The notes under the pieces are model-generated. The model did no database searches. It saw only the letters and a program-made list of their open reading frames with translations, and was not told the origin of the DNA. Below, one piece after another: positions 60,130-64,000 of a stretch of DNA of 64,000 nucleotides (positions are counted from its first letter, which is position 1; each line of letters starts with the position of its first letter). The stretch covers positions 9,424,001-9,488,000 of the forward strand of contig NC_092353.1 in assembly GCF_963676685.1 (NCBI RefSeq). Direction: 5' to 3'. The position numbers and the translations under genes were made by a program. Source of the stretch: Mytilus edulis (Eukaryota).

Positions 60130-61679
60130 TTAATCATAGGTTAGTCTCTGTGGCCGAATAGATATCCTGTTTGATCTTCTCAATATTCTTGGTGGTTGTT
60201 GTTGTGCTGGGGCTACTCGTCTGTTATTTTCACGTGGTGGAAAAAAATAATTTATAATTTCTTGAAGCCTTTCATAAATTGCGATGAGGATATATTCTAC
60301 AAATTAAAAAGTAGTAAATACAGAGATAGATATTAACTTAAACAGTTTTTTTTGGTGTATTAACAAAATCTGCAATTTCTATTTCGGATAGTGAATCTGC
60401 ATCGACATTGAAGGAGAATTGGTGTTGGCGGAAATTGGTTTTTGCAGTTCTCTTCTTTTTGCAGATGCAAAATAACATCAGCGACAAGAGCATAACACAT
60501 GCTAGAGATGCTGTAAAGATAAATTTGAATATGTCACTTACTTTAAAAATTATAAAATATATTGATATATATAAATAGATTAGACCATTGGTTTTTCTGT
60601 TTGAATTGTCTTTATAGCTTACTGTTTGGTGTGAGCTTTTGCTCTGTGTTGAAGGTCATACTTTGATCTATAATACATTGGCACTCATACCGCATCTTTT
60701 TCTTATTTATAAATAAGTGTTTTTATTAGAACATGTATATATTTTTATTTTATTTATTTATTTTATTTTTATATTGTTTGTCAATCAAATAAATAAATTA
60801 AATTTAGATACTTACCAAAAATCATTATAAGAATGATCTTAATATTATCTAGACCCTTGTCTTCCTCCTGTGCATGTGGTGTTGACTTCTGAAATAAAGA
60901 AATAAAATCATGTATTTCATGAAAATGTTGATATTAAAAAATCTTATCCTTCACATTTTAATTTGTTTTTAAGCACTATACTATAGAGAATACAAATTGA
61001 CTCGTTCATGTACATGTATTTCCTAATAAAAATAGAAAACAAAACGGACGTTTTAATTAAAAAAATATCAGATAAATGCTTACCAGTTGTTTATCAGTGG
61101 TGCCGATTGACAATGTGGATCCTGGTGTTACTCTTGTTGCTGCTGTTGTTGTTGTAGAAGCTATGACTCCATTCTGTAAAAAAAAAATATACATAATGTA
61201 AGAAATGTTTTACACAATAAAATTAATAAATAATATATAAGATCTGCTCATAGTTTAGGTTGTTTCTAGTCACTTTACATATAGAGACAATACTACGTGA
61301 TTACTTTAAAGCTCTTATTATTCTGTTATTCTTTTCTAATTTCCTATATACTTACATCACAATGTATACCATTAACAATTGTTATTGTTTCTGGTGCTGC
61401 TAAAACATTGCTGCATTTAGAATTTCCTTGTTTGATCTCAATTGAATGCAGGTCTCTATTATTTGCAAGGTCCAATTGTCCGGCAACAAAAAATCTTTCG
61501 AATACGACTTTCTTTACATCTAGTCGGATTCTGGTGTTGTAGAGCCCTGCTCCAGTCCATCTGCAATGGAGAGTATCCCCCTCCACTGTGCATACATCTC
61601 TCAATTCATGCGAGCATGAAACAGCTGACATTGTGAAACAAATGATGATGAATATAAACATGGTGTTGATGGGTGACAT
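60130..61679 (-). CDS. Spliced type I membrane protein; exons 61679-61356, 61173-61084, 60888-60816, then 60510-60338 (219 aa) or 60296-60130 (217 aa)
   Basis: It has a signal-peptide-like MFIFIIICFTMSAVSC, a Cys-containing ectodomain and a Ser/Thr stalk exon. The TM helix IILIMIFASLACVMLLSLMLFCIC followed by KKKR is assembled across a phase-1 junction. All junctions are GT-AG and in frame. Confidence 0.78.
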
Positions 61680-61830
61680 TTTGCAAATATTTTGAGGAAT
61701 TAAATACCCGGATGAGAAATAAAAACAATAGTCTAATTAGGGAATAAATTAGGGGTAATTAATTCCGTGATATATGGTTGGGATAAGAGTGGTAGATGGA
61801 TAAGGTTTAATTAATGTTTGAGTATGGATT

Positions 61831-62316
61831 GTTTTAATAAATAATAATAATAGTTTTTACAATATATGCTAGGGTTAGGGTTAATTAATATATTTTCAAT
61901 TCTTATTCATTTTTGTTACAAATGAAACTTAAAAGTTTTATAAAATTTCTTCTCTCAACGCGAAGTCATTTAATCTTCTATTTTTTCAGTTTTACTTTTA
62001 ACTTCTTTATCCAAAATATTAACAATTTAAATTGTCTATATGTTAAATGCGATGGAAAATAAATCAAAACATTCTTTTATAAGTGAAAAAACAAAATTTT
62101 CATTTAATATTATACAACAGTTATATTATGTAATTTTCTTGACGTCTGCAAAATGCAACGTGTGAAAAAATCAAAACAGTCTTTTATATTTCTACAAATT
62201 TTAAAATCCAATATTTTGATATTATTCAACAAATATATTATACAATTTTGCTAGCGGGAACAAATTTTTGTCAACGTGGCAAAAATATTTGCTGCTGCCA
62301 CACAATATATACTACT
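61831..62316 (-). repeat. Right terminal inverted repeat (perfect 62262-62316, degenerate inward)
   Basis: It is the reverse complement of the left TIR and ends ACTACT followed by the TSD GTTAGT. Confidence 0.85.
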
Positions 62317-64000
62317 GTTAGTTGTGGCTCTTACCCTAGATCTAATGTATCTTCTTAACTCTTTAACTGTTGTTATTAACCAAAGTATCTGCGTTAAGAT
62401 TGGTACAATGTATGTGTCAGTTTTACATTGTGAACGACGCACTTCATTCTTTGAACGTATGTAACCTTAATGTAAATTTTATAATTGTGTAAATAATTTT
62501 GCCTTATACCATCAACAAAGTTTCACAAAATAAACAAAAATACGTTCAAAGGTTTCTCGTGAGTTTTCTTACTACAAATAAAAATCCCCAATAAATTAAA
62601 GATTCTGAAGTATTCTCTTTATATATTATCATGTCAAGATCTAGAGTTCTGGGAAGTTCGGAAAGAATCCGTATAAAAGGAATAACTACCCTTTACTAAT
62701 GGCATTTCAAAAATAATTAATGTTTGACATTTAACAAAAAACCACACTTGAGATTTGAAAAGATTTAATTTATATAAGATTTTGCCTTCTTCAGGGCTAT
62801 TTTAGTTCGATAAAATACTTTTACTGTGATAAATGTAAACAGATTGGTATACCTTTATTTTATTATAATGGTAATTTCTATACAGATTTATAAATGTTTG
62901 TACTAAAGACGCCTCATAGTGCCGTTAAATACATTTATAAGATAATGGACCTTTTATACATAGTGTTAAATACTTAATAGAATCTTACCCAGTTGTAAAA
63001 TATCTTTATGATAGTGCAAATGAAAGGTAAAAAAGGATTAATCTTTTCAACAGTGCCAAGCTTAATTTACAATTATATTAATTTTTTCACGAAAAGTTGT
63101 CGACTTAGCAGTTTATTTGCAATTCAAAGCACACAAAGAATCAGAGAAAAAACTTGTCTGTTAAACGAATCGACATCTTAGGATTTATATAGTGTGATTC
63201 AAGATTAATAAATAATCTATTTGAATCAATCAACTTGTACTGTTCTCATATATCATATGGACCCTCAATTTTAATAGCAACGAAATCACAAAATAAACAT
63301 TAAAATTGTGACCATTATCGTGTTGACATTGAAGAATATTCAATTACTTTTGGGAAATCATACATAGGACCTTCTCTACAAGGACAGTGTAGCTGTAGGA
63401 TATGAATATTCATACAAGGCTAGCTATAGGGATAATTAGCCTACATATCAAAATCTCACAAACTGCGTACCATGTCGTTATAGGTAAGATCACACGAATT
63501 AGTTCAATATCTCATAATATATACATGTTATTATTCAACATCTTAAAGAAAACGTGTACATGTAATAACTTTTTTTTTAAAGAAAAAAAAATTAAAAATG
63601 AGACATTTGTGAAAGTCAGAATATATATAATATCACGTATACAATAATGCAAATTGGTTAACGATTATGGAAAGCAAATATAACTATTCCTATTATATAA
63701 TGCTGATATAACTAAGGAAGTTTAAATACATTAAATTATTTGAGACGGATGTATAACTTTAATTTCTTTTAGAAGACACAATGCAATGATATTGCTATTA
63801 AATTGAATGAAACCTGTAATTTATTGTCAATACTACGTATTTATGTCTATATAATTATTTGGTCTAGATAATACTTGTGTAGATGTGCAGTATATTCTTT
63901 ATAACGCATACAAGTAACAGTAAAAAGTTGTAATTGTATGTTTTATTACACGCTACTCTATTTCAATATGCGGTACATTAATATACATAATACTCGTGTA

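Larger units (their letters stand above)
44387..62316 (+). mobile_element. Complete Polinton/Maverick (endogenous polintovirus/adintovirus-like), 17,930 bp
   Basis: The termini are AGTAGT...ACTACT, with the 6-bp TSD GTTAGT at 44381-44386 and 62317-62322. The TIRs are identical for 55 bp. Integrase, capsids, protease, ATPase and pPolB are all intact. Confidence 0.98.

Overview
AT-rich eukaryotic DNA, probably from an invertebrate; the repeat families resemble those I recall from bivalves such as Mytilus (inference). There are three zones. (1) 1-16.6 kb: a ~10.3-kb-period segmental duplication carries two intact 4-exon copies of a 458-aa gene with a vWA domain, a Lys/Pro linker and a C-terminal domain resembling the plant ET/HRT GIY-YIG-like domain. 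It sits among Gypsy, Penelope-like and DNA-transposon remnants. (2) 17-44 kb: largely non-coding, with 36-, 26- and 33-bp minisatellites, dispersed repeats and a 3.36-kb non-autonomous transposon with CAC ends and a 5-bp TSD (Transib/RAG-like signature). (3) 44387-62316: a complete, apparently intact 17.9-kb Polinton/Maverick (AGTAGT...ACTACT ends, 6-bp TSD GTTAGT). Its left arm is intronless and tightly overlapping: integrase, minor and major capsid, core protein, adenain protease, packaging ATPase and pPolB. Its right arm is a previously unannotated, intron-containing accessory module that the ORF track fragments. That module encodes a PC4-like protein with SIM-like motifs, a SOCS/BC-box-like protein whose intron hides an antisense membrane-anchored PC4-like gene, and a type I membrane protein with two alternative last exons. 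Telomeric TAACCC repeats sit inside both degenerate TIRs. All domain calls are by eye from motifs; no searches were run.
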